A stretch of 64,000 bases of DNA, taken from assembly GCA_046595815.1 (NCBI GenBank), contig JBKJSN010000130.1, positions 1,447 to 65,446 on the forward strand. Direction: 5' to 3'. Position 1 is the stretch's first letter. The number at the start of each line of letters is the position of its first letter. Origin of the DNA: Mycobacteriales bacterium (GTDB lineage: Bacteria > Actinomycetota > Actinomycetes > Mycobacteriales > SCTD01). Position numbers and translations under genes: made by a program. The notes beneath the pieces are model-generated. The model was given only the letters and a program-made list of their open reading frames with translations. It did not search any database and was not told the DNA's origin. Positions 47,301 through 56,847 of this stretch are shown here, piece after piece.

Positions 47301-48053
47301 ATGCGTCGTCCCGCGCTCTCCAAGCTCGCCGTCGGCAGCGTTGCCGCCGTCGCGCTGTCGCTGTCCGTTGCCGCACCCAGCCTCGCCGAAGAGGCCACGC
47401 CCGCTCCGTCCGCGCAGGAGACCGAGGCTGCGGCCGAGACGCTGCCGCCGGCCGACCCGACTGCCCCCGTGGAGGCCACGACGCCCGTCGACTCCGACCC
47501 GAGCACGCTGGCCCCGTCGACCTCAGCGGACGCTACCGAGACCTCGGACGTCGAGACCACGCCGACCGCCACCCCCATCGCGACGCCGACCATCGGCGGC
47601 AACGGGGCCTACAGCTACCCGTTCGTCCTCACCGCCGGTGAGGACGGCGCCGCCACCATCGCCATCGAGGTGGCCGGGACCGGCGTCTCCGTCGGCTACA
47701 CCGTGGACGAGACAGGCAAGGTCACCGACGCCATCGTGGCTGCCGGCGCAGCCACGCTCGTGAAGACGACCCCGCACACGATCTTCCTCGTCCTCGAGAG
47801 CGGCGAGTCGGTCAAGGTGAAGGTCCACGGGGACTCGGTGCGCGTGAAGGTCAAGCCGGTCAAGGGAGGCCCGCTGCGTCCCGGTATCTCCACCCCGGCG
47901 GAGGTGGCCGAGGACGAGGCTGCCGCCACGGCCGAGGCGACCGAGGCACCGGAGGTCGAGGAGTCCGACGAGGCGAAGCCGGCCAAGGAAAAGAAGGACA
48001 AGAAGCAGAAGCAGGTCAAGAAGGCCAACAAGCACAACCAGGGCAAGCGCTAA
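47301..48053 (+). CDS. Secreted protein with acidic Thr/Pro/Glu-rich N-region and Lys-rich C-terminal tail
   Basis: ATG at 47301 after aggag. Signal peptide ...SVAAPSLAEE. The tail is KPAKEKKDKKQKQVKKANKHNQGKR. Confidence 0.6.
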   Translation: MRRPALSKLAVGSVAAVALSLSVAAPSLAEEATPAPSAQETEAAAETLPPADPTAPVEATTPVDSDPSTLAPSTSADATETSDVETTPTATPIATPTIGGNGAYSYPFVLTAGEDGAATIAIEVAGTGVSVGYTVDETGKVTDAIVAAGAATLVKTTPHTIFLVLESGESVKVKVHGDSVRVKVKPVKGGPLRPGISTPAEVAEDEAAATAEATEAPEVEESDEAKPAKEKKDKKQKQVKKANKHNQGKR

Positions 48054-48288
48054 CACCACCCGAAGGCCCGGCGGCGGTCGGCTCCATTAGGGAGCAGGCC
48101 GCCGCCGCGCCATGTCCTGAGCGGTTGAGCCGAGTAACGCGACGCGGATAGCGATCGGTCGCGGAGTGAACCTGCCAGGCATCATCTGCTCGTGCTGACC
48201 CCGACCCCGGATGGGTGGGGCCTCCGCTTACGTGAACCGCCTGTGCGAACCGACGCTCTCGTCGTACCTTTGCCGTGAAGGGGGCGTC

Positions 48289-48801
48289 ATGCAACAGGAC
48301 CCTGAACTAGTCGCAAAGGCCGTGTACGCCGTGCGCGGAGCGGCGGACCTGCACGACGCGCTCGAGTCGATGGTCCAGGTGCTTCGCCCGCGCTTTGACC
48401 TCTGGTTCGCCTGCCTGGCCGCCCATCCCTCGGGGGGAGAGCACATCACCGTGCTGGCCTCCTGGTCCTTGGCCGAGAACATGTTCGACGCGGGCGCCAA
48501 GATCTCGCCAAGCATCTCCGCCACGGTCGAGTCGGTGCTCTCCACCCTGCGGGAGGGGCGCGGCGCCACCTTCACTGTCGGCGCGGACCCCGACTCCCTG
48601 GTCGACCACCTGTTGCACGGGCAGGGGGTCGCTTCGGTGCTCACCTTCCCCGTGCACCTCGATGCGGACGACCTGATCCTGCTCGCCCTCGGGGCCAGCT
48701 CCAAGGACGCCTTTCGCGACGCGGAGAAGGGCTTTTTCACCGCCCTGTCGGACGGCATAAGCTCCGTCGTCCTGCGCCTGGCCACCGCCGCGAACGGCTA
48801 G
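48289..48801 (+). CDS. Stand-alone GAF-like domain protein
   Basis: 170 aa from MQQDPELVAK (ATG verified at 48289). GAF-like alternation. Low-confidence fold call. Confidence 0.45.
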   Translation: MQQDPELVAKAVYAVRGAADLHDALESMVQVLRPRFDLWFACLAAHPSGGEHITVLASWSLAENMFDAGAKISPSISATVESVLSTLREGRGATFTVGADPDSLVDHLLHGQGVASVLTFPVHLDADDLILLALGASSKDAFRDAEKGFFTALSDGISSVVLRLATAANG

Positions 48802-48832
48802 TCAGGCGGTCCCTCGCCGACCACCGACCGGT

Positions 48833-50233
48833 TCAACTCCCCGCGGAGGGGAGACGCACCACGAAGGACGCCCCCGACTTTCCATCGGGTCGGGCCCCCA
48901 CCGTGACGTCTCCGCCGTGGGCGCGAGCGATGTCACGGGTGATCGCCAGCCCAAGCCCGGTGCCGCCACCGTCCTCCCGGCGAGACCGGTCGTTCTCGAC
49001 CCGTGCGAACCGCTCGAAGACCCGCGCCCGCTCCTGCAGCGGCACTCCCGGTCCGTCGTCGCCGACTGTGAGGACTGCGGTGTCTCCCTCGCGCTGGAGG
49101 CCAACACTGATCTGCGACCGAGCGTGCGTGAGCGCGTTGTCGCCAAGGTTCCGGAGCATCCTGGTGAGATCGCGCCCGGAGCCGGCAACGGCCACTGCCT
49201 GAAGCCCTGCGAGCGACACTGCGACCCGTCCGTGGGCGCGCAGCCGTTGGACCTCGGACAGGACCACCTCGTCGAGATCAACGCGGTCGCGAGCAACGGA
49301 CCCCGCGGCGTCCTCGGTACGAGCGAGGAAGATCAGGTCGTCGATGAGCTGCTGCATCCGGCTTGCCTGGTCTTGGACACGTTGGAGCACCACTGCGGTT
49401 GAGGTGCCGCCCGGGTACGCCAGCGCTACGTCGACCTGTGCGCGGATCGCAGCGAGTGGGCTCTTCAGCTCGTGTGAGGCGTCCCCGACGAAGCGCCGCT
49501 GGCGCAACGCCGAGGCCTGGAGTCGAGCCAGCATCTCGTTCAGGGTCACGGCCAACCGCGCGATCTCGTCTCGACTCCGGGGCACGGGCACGCTGCCCTG
49601 CAGGTCCTCGCCACCTATCGCAGCAGCGCGTCGGCGCATCCGTTCCACCGGTCGCAGGGCACGCCCGACAGCGGCCCAGATCACGCCCGTGACAATCGCC
49701 AACAGGCAGGGAAGCCCGAGCAGCAGGAAGGTCACGAGCCGATCCACGGTGGCGTCGACCTGCTTCAGGGAGGTCGCGACGTAGACCCAACCGGGGCCTG
49801 CGTCGAGGCCGACGGGAACGGCGACGACGCGGAACTGCTCCCCCTCCGCACCGATGGGCAGCCCCTTGCGGCTGAGCGAGGTGACCTGGCGGTGAGCCGG
49901 GGGCGAGGGGAGCGTCACTGGTTCGCCTTGGATGTTCGGACTGGCCGACAGGACTGTTCCGTCAGCACCGACCACCTGTACGAGGGCGGTGTCTTCCCCT
50001 GTGCTCGCGACGGTTTCACCCAACGAGCTGGTCGTAGCCAACGTGGCGACATCGCGTGCCCGTGCCAGCGACGTGCTGTCGAGGTTTCTCACCAGCGAGC
50101 GCTGGACGAGGGCGACGAGGAGCAGCCCACTGACAGTGAGCGCCAGCGCGACCACGGCAGCTGCGGCCACCGTCGCCCCCCAGCGGACACCGATGCGCCT
50201 GCGCCCAACCAGCTCAGCGCCGGAGTCGCACAT
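48833..50233 (-). CDS. Sensor histidine kinase (2 TM, HAMP, HisKA, HATPase)
   Basis: H-box FVGDASHELKSPLAAI, N-box LRNLGDNALTHA and G-box GGGTGLGLAI. The start at 50233 overlaps the RR gene by 20 nt. Confidence 0.8.
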   Translation of the reverse strand: MCDSGAELVGRRRIGVRWGATVAAAAVVALALTVSGLLLVALVQRSLVRNLDSTSLARARDVATLATTSSLGETVASTGEDTALVQVVGADGTVLSASPNIQGEPVTLPSPPAHRQVTSLSRKGLPIGAEGEQFRVVAVPVGLDAGPGWVYVATSLKQVDATVDRLVTFLLLGLPCLLAIVTGVIWAAVGRALRPVERMRRRAAAIGGEDLQGSVPVPRSRDEIARLAVTLNEMLARLQASALRQRRFVGDASHELKSPLAAIRAQVDVALAYPGGTSTAVVLQRVQDQASRMQQLIDDLIFLARTEDAAGSVARDRVDLDEVVLSEVQRLRAHGRVAVSLAGLQAVAVAGSGRDLTRMLRNLGDNALTHARSQISVGLQREGDTAVLTVGDDGPGVPLQERARVFERFARVENDRSRREDGGGTGLGLAITRDIARAHGGDVTVGARPDGKSGASFVVRLPSAGS

Positions 50234-50927
50234 GCTCACTGTCCGCACCTCCGGCCGGGGCGTCGACGAGCCGATAGCCGACCCCCCGAACGGTCTGGAT
50301 GAGACCGGTGGCGAAGGGCTGATCGATCTTCTTCCGGAGGTAGCCGATGTAGACCTCGACCACGTTGGACTCCCCACCGAGCTCGGCGTCCCAGACGTGC
50401 TCGCCGAGTTGAGCTCTGGTGACCACCTGGCCTTTGCGCCGCAACAGGAACTCGGCGAGCGCGAACTCCCTCGCCGTGAGGTGCACCTCAACACCTTCGC
50501 GTGTGCAGGAGCGAGTTGCGGGGTCCAGTCGAAGGCTCCCGGTGCACAGGACAGGAGCGCGATCCACGGGGGCCCGGCGCAGCAGCGCCCGAAGGTGCGC
50601 CAGCAGCACGACGAAGGAGAAGGGCTTGGACAGGTAGCCATCAGCCCCAAGGTCCAGGGCGTCTGCCTCGTCGTACTCGCCGTCCTTGGCCGAGAGCATC
50701 AAGATGGGGACGCGATGGCCACTCGCCCGTAGTTGACGACACACCTCGTAGCCGGACAGCCCGGGAAGCATGATGTCCAAGATGACGACGTCGTAGGACT
50801 CCTCCTGCGCCATCCAAAGCCCGTCGACGCCGTTCGCAGCGACCCTCGTGGCGAAGCCTTCAGCCTCCAACCCTCGGCGGACGGCATCGGCGATGAGCGG
50901 CTCGTCCTCCACGACCAGCGCCCTCAT
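50214..50927 (-). CDS. OmpR-family response regulator
   Basis: MRALVVEDEP...DVVILDIMLPGLSGYEV...SAKD, plus winged helix TVRGVGYRL. Confidence 0.85.
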   Translation of the reverse strand: MRALVVEDEPLIADAVRRGLEAEGFATRVAANGVDGLWMAQEESYDVVILDIMLPGLSGYEVCRQLRASGHRVPILMLSAKDGEYDEADALDLGADGYLSKPFSFVVLLAHLRALLRRAPVDRAPVLCTGSLRLDPATRSCTREGVEVHLTAREFALAEFLLRRKGQVVTRAQLGEHVWDAELGGESNVVEVYIGYLRKKIDQPFATGLIQTVRGVGYRLVDAPAGGADSEHVRLRR

Positions 50928-51098
50928 GGCTCATCCCGTCGTCAGCCTCGCACCGCCGAAGCTCGCCAGTGCGCCCGCGCAGAGTGTGCACACGCAACCT
51001 GAGGACTTCCTAAGAGCGCCCTCTCTCATCCAGGTCTTAGGTGGCCGCGTCAGTGTCCTGGACGTCCGACCAGCCACCACTCAAAGGAGCACGCTGAC

Positions 51099-51404
51099 AT
51101 GTTCAAGATCAAGCTCACGGCCGTCGCCCTTGCCGCCGTCGGCCTCGGCGCCGCCGGTATCGGCACGGCGTTCGCCAGTTCGTCCCACTCCTCGCCGAAG
51201 GCGCCCGCCGCGGTCACCTCCGAGGCTGACACCGACGACGTCCAGGAAGGCGACCAGACCACGCCGGACCTGCCCGGTGCTGCTGAGGAGTCCGAGGCGA
51301 CCGAGGGGGCCGGCGAGGCGGGTCCGTCGGACGGTTACGACGGTGGACACGAAGACCCTGAGGGCGTGGACGTGAACCACGAGGGCGGGCCTGACGAGAA
51401 GTAG
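51099..51404 (+). CDS. Small secreted, highly acidic protein
   Basis: aaaggag RBS. Signal peptide MFKIKLTAVALAAVGLGAAGIGTAFA. The mature part is rich in D/E/G/T/P. High GC3. Confidence 0.6.
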   Translation: MFKIKLTAVALAAVGLGAAGIGTAFASSSHSSPKAPAAVTSEADTDDVQEGDQTTPDLPGAAEESEATEGAGEAGPSDGYDGGHEDPEGVDVNHEGGPDEK

Positions 51405-51422
51405 CCGCCCTGCTCACCGCCG

Positions 51423-51444
51423 GGCCCGACCTTTTGGTCGGGCC
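51423..51444 (+). terminator. Hairpin terminator after the small acidic protein gene
   Basis: ggcccgac-cttttg-gtcgggcc, an 8-bp stem starting 19 nt after the stop codon. Confidence 0.5.
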
Positions 51445-51559
51445 TGGTGTGCGGCCCCGCAAGGTTTTGGCCGTCCCCTTGCCGAACGCGCCCCGAGCGT
51501 TGACCAACCACTTCCTAGCGTCGGATACACCGACGACCAGCCCTAGGAAGGAGCCCGCC

Positions 51560-52294
51560 GTGGACAGCCCCGCCATCGAGCTCCGCGCTCTGGTGCATCG
51601 CTACGACAGGGAGCCAGTGCTGCGGGGGATCGACCTGACGATCGAGCACGGCGAGATATTCGGGTTCCTGGGACACAACGGTGCCGGGAAGACGACCGCG
51701 ATCAACATTCTCACCACCCTGCTCGTACCGACCGCGGGCAGCGCCCGGGTGTGCGGGTACGACGTGGTCACCCAGCGTGCCGAGGTGACGCGGTGCATCG
51801 GCTACCTGCCGGCAGAGGTTCGCCTCTACGGCCACCTGACCGCGTCGGAGAACCTCGAGTTCTTCGCACGGCTGTCCGGAGTCGAGCACCCCCGGCGGGC
51901 GGCGGCCGAGACGCTGGACTACCTCGGGTGCTCCGGCCTGGCGAACAAACGGGTCGGCGCGTTCTCGACCGGGATGCGTCAACGGATCGGCATCGCCCAG
52001 GCGGTGCTGCACCGCCCGCGGGTGCTGTTCCTGGACGAGCCGACGGCCGGGCTCGACCCCAGCGGCGTTCGCCAGCTCCGCGAGACGATCCTGCGACTGA
52101 ACGCCGACCTCGGCATGACGGTCTTCATGAACACCCATCTGCTGAGCGAGGTGGCACGGGTGTGCACCACCATCGGGGTGCTGAACTCCGGCGAGCTCAT
52201 CTACAAGGACTCCATCGCGGAGACCACCCGACGCTTCCCGGACGAGTCCTCCTTGGAGGACATCTACGTGCGCATGGAGACGGCCCCTTCATGA
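51560..52294 (+). CDS. ABC transporter ATP-binding protein
   Basis: Walker A GHNGAGKTT, signature FSTGMRQR, Walker B LFLDEPTAGLD. GTG at 51560 after ggaagga. Confidence 0.85.
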   Translation: MDSPAIELRALVHRYDREPVLRGIDLTIEHGEIFGFLGHNGAGKTTAINILTTLLVPTAGSARVCGYDVVTQRAEVTRCIGYLPAEVRLYGHLTASENLEFFARLSGVEHPRRAAAETLDYLGCSGLANKRVGAFSTGMRQRIGIAQAVLHRPRVLFLDEPTAGLDPSGVRQLRETILRLNADLGMTVFMNTHLLSEVARVCTTIGVLNSGELIYKDSIAETTRRFPDESSLEDIYVRMETAPS

Positions 52295-53208
52295 TGGCCA
52301 CGATCGCGGCGCAGCAGATCACCGCACTGCGTCGCCAGCGGACCTTCCTGGTGCTGCTCGGCACGTTGCTGGTGATGACCGCAATGGCCGGCGTCCTCGG
52401 ATGGTCCAGCCACCGGACGATCGTGCGGGTCTACGACCAGGCGGTCCAGCTACTCGCCGTACAGGGAAAGCCGGCACCGCCGAACCCCTTCGGGCTCAAG
52501 CCGACGCTGTCGCTGCTGTCGAACATGGCCGTCTACATCCCGCTCATCGGCGCCTTGCTGGCCCTGCTGCTGGGGCACCTGAGTCTGGCGGAGGACCAAG
52601 CAGGTGGGATCGGCCGGCTCATCTTCAGCCGCCAGCTCACGCGGAGGCAGTACCTGCTCGGCAAGGTCGCGGGGGCCGCTGCCGTGCTGTTCGTGGTGCT
52701 GCTCGCCAGCATGCTGGTCAGCACGCTGTCCCTGCTGCTGGTGAACGGTGCCCTTCCCACCGTCGGAGAGCTCGGCCGCCTGGCGCTGTTCTACGGCCTT
52801 TCGTGGCTGTACCTGCTGGTGTTCGCCCTGATCGGCATGGTCACGGTGCTGCTCACCCAGCGCGGTTCCCTCGCCCTGCTGTCGGCCCTGGGTGTGTGGC
52901 TGGTCCTGACCTTCGCCGTCCCACAGTTCACCTCCGGGCTGCGCCCGACCACCTCGCTCAACCCGGTGAGCGAGCCGGTCAGCACCTCGCAGCCCTTCTT
53001 CGCCGTCACCGCCCGAGCCCGGATCGCCTCGGTGAGCGAGCAGTACAAACAGGCGAGCGCGCGCATCTTGCAGACAGCGCCCGAAGAGCCGGTCCTCACG
53101 ACCGTGCGCCGTGTCACGCCCATCGGGCTCCTGCTCGCCGCCCTCGGCCTGCTCAGCCTGGGCCTGGTCCACCGCCACGACTACTCGCGGAGCATCAGTG
53201 ATGACTAG
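52291..53208 (+). CDS. ABC-2-type permease
   Basis: About 6 TM. The ATG overlaps the ATPase stop (ATGA). Confidence 0.7.
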   Translation: MMATIAAQQITALRRQRTFLVLLGTLLVMTAMAGVLGWSSHRTIVRVYDQAVQLLAVQGKPAPPNPFGLKPTLSLLSNMAVYIPLIGALLALLLGHLSLAEDQAGGIGRLIFSRQLTRRQYLLGKVAGAAAVLFVVLLASMLVSTLSLLLVNGALPTVGELGRLALFYGLSWLYLLVFALIGMVTVLLTQRGSLALLSALGVWLVLTFAVPQFTSGLRPTTSLNPVSEPVSTSQPFFAVTARARIASVSEQYKQASARILQTAPEEPVLTTVRRVTPIGLLLAALGLLSLGLVHRHDYSRSISDD

Positions 53209-54187
53209 CTCCCACCGTCGCGTCCTGACCCTGGCCCGGCACGAGTACCGCGCGGCCTTGCGCAGCAGGCTGCTGCTCGTGCTGCTGGCGATCCTCGCAG
53301 CAGTCACGATTGCTTCCATCTACATCGCGGCGGTCGACTACCGCACACACATCGCGGACTACCGCGCGTACGTCGAGGCGGCCAAGGCCGGCGGGGTGCA
53401 ACGCATCGCCCCCTCACCACTGGCGCTGCTCTCGTTGCTCAGAGGCGCCCTTGAGTACGTCGAGATCATCGGCGCGGTCATTGCTATCGCCCTGGGCTAC
53501 CTCAGCATCAGCCGCGAGCGGGTGAACCGGACGCTGCCGCTGCTGCGATCCCGGCCCGTCACCGCCGGTGAGCTCGCCGCCGGATCGGCCCTCGGCGCGC
53601 TCGGTCTCATCACCACGCTCGTGCTGGCTACCGGAGCCATCGCGGTGGTGTGCCTGGGGATCATCGGCAACGACTGGGTCGGCGCCGATCAGGCCATCAA
53701 GCTCAGCCTCGCCGGCCTCGCCTCGATCGTCTACATGGGCGCGTTCTTCTGCCTCGGCGTGATCGTGACCGCCCGGTCCCGAGTCGCGGTCAACGGTCTG
53801 ATGCTTGCCCTCGGTGCCTGGCTCGTCGTGGTTCTCGTGCTGCCGCAGATCGGTGACACCCTCGACGCCGACAACCAGGTGCCCGGCGGGTTGTTCGCCG
53901 CCCTCACCCTCGATCGGAAGGGAGAGACTCAGGTCTTGTCGCACTTCACGACCTACGAGCACGTGCGGACGGGGTTCGAGGAGGCCTCCCTCGCCAAGCA
54001 CTACGAGCGGTTCGCCTTCGCGATGACCGACGTGAAGGACAAGTACCGCGGGCTGTCGCTCGGCCAGTTGTTGCACGAGAAGCGCCATGACATCGCCTGG
54101 ATGAGCTTCTACTCCGTCCTCCTCGGTGCCGGGATGCGACGCAGCTTCCGGCGCCAACTCACCATCCCTGAAGGGGGACAGTCATGA
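53201..54187 (+). CDS. ABC-2-type permease (second subunit)
   Basis: About 6 TM. The start (GTG 53198 or ATG 53201) overlaps the upstream stop. Confidence 0.7.
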   Translation: MTSSHRRVLTLARHEYRAALRSRLLLVLLAILAAVTIASIYIAAVDYRTHIADYRAYVEAAKAGGVQRIAPSPLALLSLLRGALEYVEIIGAVIAIALGYLSISRERVNRTLPLLRSRPVTAGELAAGSALGALGLITTLVLATGAIAVVCLGIIGNDWVGADQAIKLSLAGLASIVYMGAFFCLGVIVTARSRVAVNGLMLALGAWLVVVLVLPQIGDTLDADNQVPGGLFAALTLDRKGETQVLSHFTTYEHVRTGFEEASLAKHYERFAFAMTDVKDKYRGLSLGQLLHEKRHDIAWMSFYSVLLGAGMRRSFRRQLTIPEGGQS

Positions 54188-54801
54188 TCACGTTCGCCCG
54201 CCGCACCGGCGTCCCACGCCTCGGGGCGGCCGCCACGCTGGCGATCGTCGCCCTCACCGGTTGCAGCGGCGGGAGTCCGAGCTCGGCTCCCACCGGCCCG
54301 GCCCCCAGCGCGACGAGCACCCTCGGAGGTAGGCAGACGACACCCCCGACCGCCGGGGGGCCGGTCCTGCCCGTGACCCAGAACCCCATCGTCAACACCT
54401 CGACCGTGCGGACCCTGAAGATCCTGTCCGTCCTGGTGGAGAACAACGTCGACGCGAGAGGGAAGGCCGTGGACGACCACCTCGAGGTCGCCCTGCAGAA
54501 CACCGGCACGACAGCGCTGACAGACGTCGAGATCTACTACACCTTCACCGACCCGACCACGAAAGACAGCGAGAGCTACTACAGCAAGCTTCCGGGGTCC
54601 TTCACCGTTCCGGCCGGAGGCACCCGCACCGCGCACTTCGACTCCACCGGCGCGGCAGACCACTTCGGGGTCAACAAGTTCAACCTGTACTACACCTCGC
54701 AGAACGCCTTGGACGTGACGGTCGAGGTGAGCTCCCCAGGCGCTGCTGTCCAGCAGGCGAGGGTGAAGAAGGACGCCGGCGGCGCCGAGGCGCCCGACTA
54801 A
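54184..54801 (+). CDS. Lipoprotein with beta-rich domain, coupled to the ABC permeases
   Basis: The ATG overlaps the upstream TGA. Lipobox ALTGC, a Ser/Pro/Thr linker, then a beta-rich domain. Confidence 0.65.
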   Translation: MITFARRTGVPRLGAAATLAIVALTGCSGGSPSSAPTGPAPSATSTLGGRQTTPPTAGGPVLPVTQNPIVNTSTVRTLKILSVLVENNVDARGKAVDDHLEVALQNTGTTALTDVEIYYTFTDPTTKDSESYYSKLPGSFTVPAGGTRTAHFDSTGAADHFGVNKFNLYYTSQNALDVTVEVSSPGAAVQQARVKKDAGGAEAPD

Positions 54802-54839
54802 CCGGGGTCCGGGCGGCAACCGGTCCCTAGGCTCAGGTC

Positions 54840-55556
54840 ATGGCGACCCCGCCCGATCCGTCCGTGCTCATCGTCGAAGACGACGAGGGCATCGGCGGCG
54901 GCCTGCTCCGCGCCCTGTCGGGCGAGGGGTATCAAGCGGTGTGGAGCCGCACCGCCACCGAGGCGCTGCGCCAACCACTGTCCGGGTTCGACGTCATTCT
55001 GCTCGACCTCGGGCTTCCCGACATGGACGGGTTGGAGCTGTGCCGGCGAATGCGGCGAGAGCTGCCTGACACGGCCTTGATCGTGCTCACGGCGCGCGGC
55101 ACGGAGAGCGACGTCGTCGTCGGTCTCGATGCCGGGGCTGACGACTACCTCGTCAAGCCTTTCCGGTTGGCCGAGCTGTTCGCCCGCCTCCGGGCGCACA
55201 CCCGCCGCCGCCCCTCCGCGGCGGAACAGCCGACCGTGCTAACCGTCGGAGATCTGAGGCTGGAGGCGGCGGCACGCCGGGTCTACCTCGCGGAGGCCGA
55301 GATCTCCTTACGCCCCAAGGAGTTCGACCTGCTCGCCCTGCTCATGCAGCACGCCGGGAAGGTCGTCACCCGCTCCTTCGCCATGACACAGGTCTGGGAC
55401 GAGCACTACTACGGCTCCACCAAGACCCTCGACGTTCACATCGCCGCCCTACGGCAACGGTTCGCCGAGACCGACCCGCACTGCAGCCGCATCACCACCC
55501 TGCGTGGCGTCGGGTACCGGTTGGAGCTGGCCGAGCCCGAGGGCGTCGACCTGTGA
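54840..55556 (+). CDS. OmpR-family response regulator
   Basis: VLIVEDDEG...DVILLDLGLPDMDG...TARG, plus TLRGVGYRL. Confidence 0.85.
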   Translation: MATPPDPSVLIVEDDEGIGGGLLRALSGEGYQAVWSRTATEALRQPLSGFDVILLDLGLPDMDGLELCRRMRRELPDTALIVLTARGTESDVVVGLDAGADDYLVKPFRLAELFARLRAHTRRRPSAAEQPTVLTVGDLRLEAAARRVYLAEAEISLRPKEFDLLALLMQHAGKVVTRSFAMTQVWDEHYYGSTKTLDVHIAALRQRFAETDPHCSRITTLRGVGYRLELAEPEGVDL

Positions 55557-56839
55557 GACGCCGCCTACTTGCCGCGATGCTCCTGGTGGCAGCCCTGGCC
55601 GTCATCGGCTTCGGTCTTCCTCTCGCACTCTCGGTGCAGGCGCTGTACCGCGACGAGGCACGGCTCATGCTGTCGGAGGAGGCGGCACGCGCCGCCGTCA
55701 CGGTCCCCGCGTCCTTCGCCCGTGACCAGGACCTTCCCGAGCTGCCCGAGACGGTGGGGCGCGTCGACGTCGGGTTGTACGGCGCTGACGGTCAGCTGGT
55801 CGTGGGCAAGGGCCCGGCCCGCGCCGACGCCGCCGTCGCTGCCGCGTTGCGGGGGAGCCCCTCCCCGCCGTACCGGGGAGAGCTTGTCGTTGCCTTCCCC
55901 ATCAGCGACGAGGAGGTCGTCGTCGGGGCAATCCGCACCTCCATTCCGGCAGACGTGGTCAGAGCCCGCACCCGCCGTACCTGGCTTGCGATGACTGGAC
56001 TCGCCCTCGCGGTTCTCGTCGCGGCCGGGGCGCTGGCGGCCCGTCGAAGCCGAAGCCTCGCGCAGCCGCTCTCCGAGCTGCGCGCCGACGCCGACGTGCT
56101 CGGCGGAGGCGGGGAGCTCAGGCCTCGCACCACCACCGGCATTGTGGAGATCGACGCCGTGCACGCTGCGATGACCCAGGCAGCGGCGAGCCTCAACGGA
56201 GCCCTCGCGCGGGAGCGGTCCTTCAGCGCGGATCTGGCGCACCAGCTGAGGACGCCCCTGGCTTCGCTGCGGTTGCGGGTGGAGACCGAGCAACTGCAGC
56301 ACCCCGAGGCACAACCCTTCCTGGACGGGGCTCTCGAGGACCTCGACCGGCTCCAGCAGACGGTCGTCGACCTGGTCGAGCTCGCACGCGACACCGGTCG
56401 GACGCGGGAACCCACCCCGCTCGCGACGCTTTTGAACGCCGCGGTCGCCAGCTGGGGTCCGCGGTTCGCGGAGGCAGGGCGGACCTTGGAGGCGAGCGTC
56501 GAGGCGCACCTGCCCTGGGTCGAGGCCAGCCCGTCCGCGGTTCGTCAGATCCTCGATGTGCTGCTCGACAACGCCCTTCGACACAGTTCCGGTCCGGTGC
56601 AGGTGACGGGCACTCGCAGAGGCGAGGGCGCCGTCGTCGCCGTGGCCGATGCGGGCGCTGTGGTCCTTCACCCCGAGGAGATCTTCGTCCGGCGCCACCA
56701 CGAGGCGATCGGCTCCGGCATCGGGTTGGCCCTGGCGCGACGGCTGGCGGAGGCGGAGGAGCTGCGGCTCGTCCTCGCCCAGCCTGGCCCTGGCGTGGTG
56801 TTCCACCTGGTGTTCGGGGGCCCACGCCGCAGCAGGTAG
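55553..56839 (+). CDS. Sensor histidine kinase
   Basis: 2 TM. H-box FSADLAHQLRTPLASL, N-box LLDNALRH, G2 GSGIGLALA. The G1 box looks degenerate (VADAGAV). 4-nt overlap with the RR gene. Confidence 0.8.
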   Translation: MRRRLLAAMLLVAALAVIGFGLPLALSVQALYRDEARLMLSEEAARAAVTVPASFARDQDLPELPETVGRVDVGLYGADGQLVVGKGPARADAAVAAALRGSPSPPYRGELVVAFPISDEEVVVGAIRTSIPADVVRARTRRTWLAMTGLALAVLVAAGALAARRSRSLAQPLSELRADADVLGGGGELRPRTTTGIVEIDAVHAAMTQAAASLNGALARERSFSADLAHQLRTPLASLRLRVETEQLQHPEAQPFLDGALEDLDRLQQTVVDLVELARDTGRTREPTPLATLLNAAVASWGPRFAEAGRTLEASVEAHLPWVEASPSAVRQILDVLLDNALRHSSGPVQVTGTRRGEGAVVAVADAGAVVLHPEEIFVRRHHEAIGSGIGLALARRLAEAEELRLVLAQPGPGVVFHLVFGGPRRSR

Positions 56840-56847
56840 CGCAGCGC

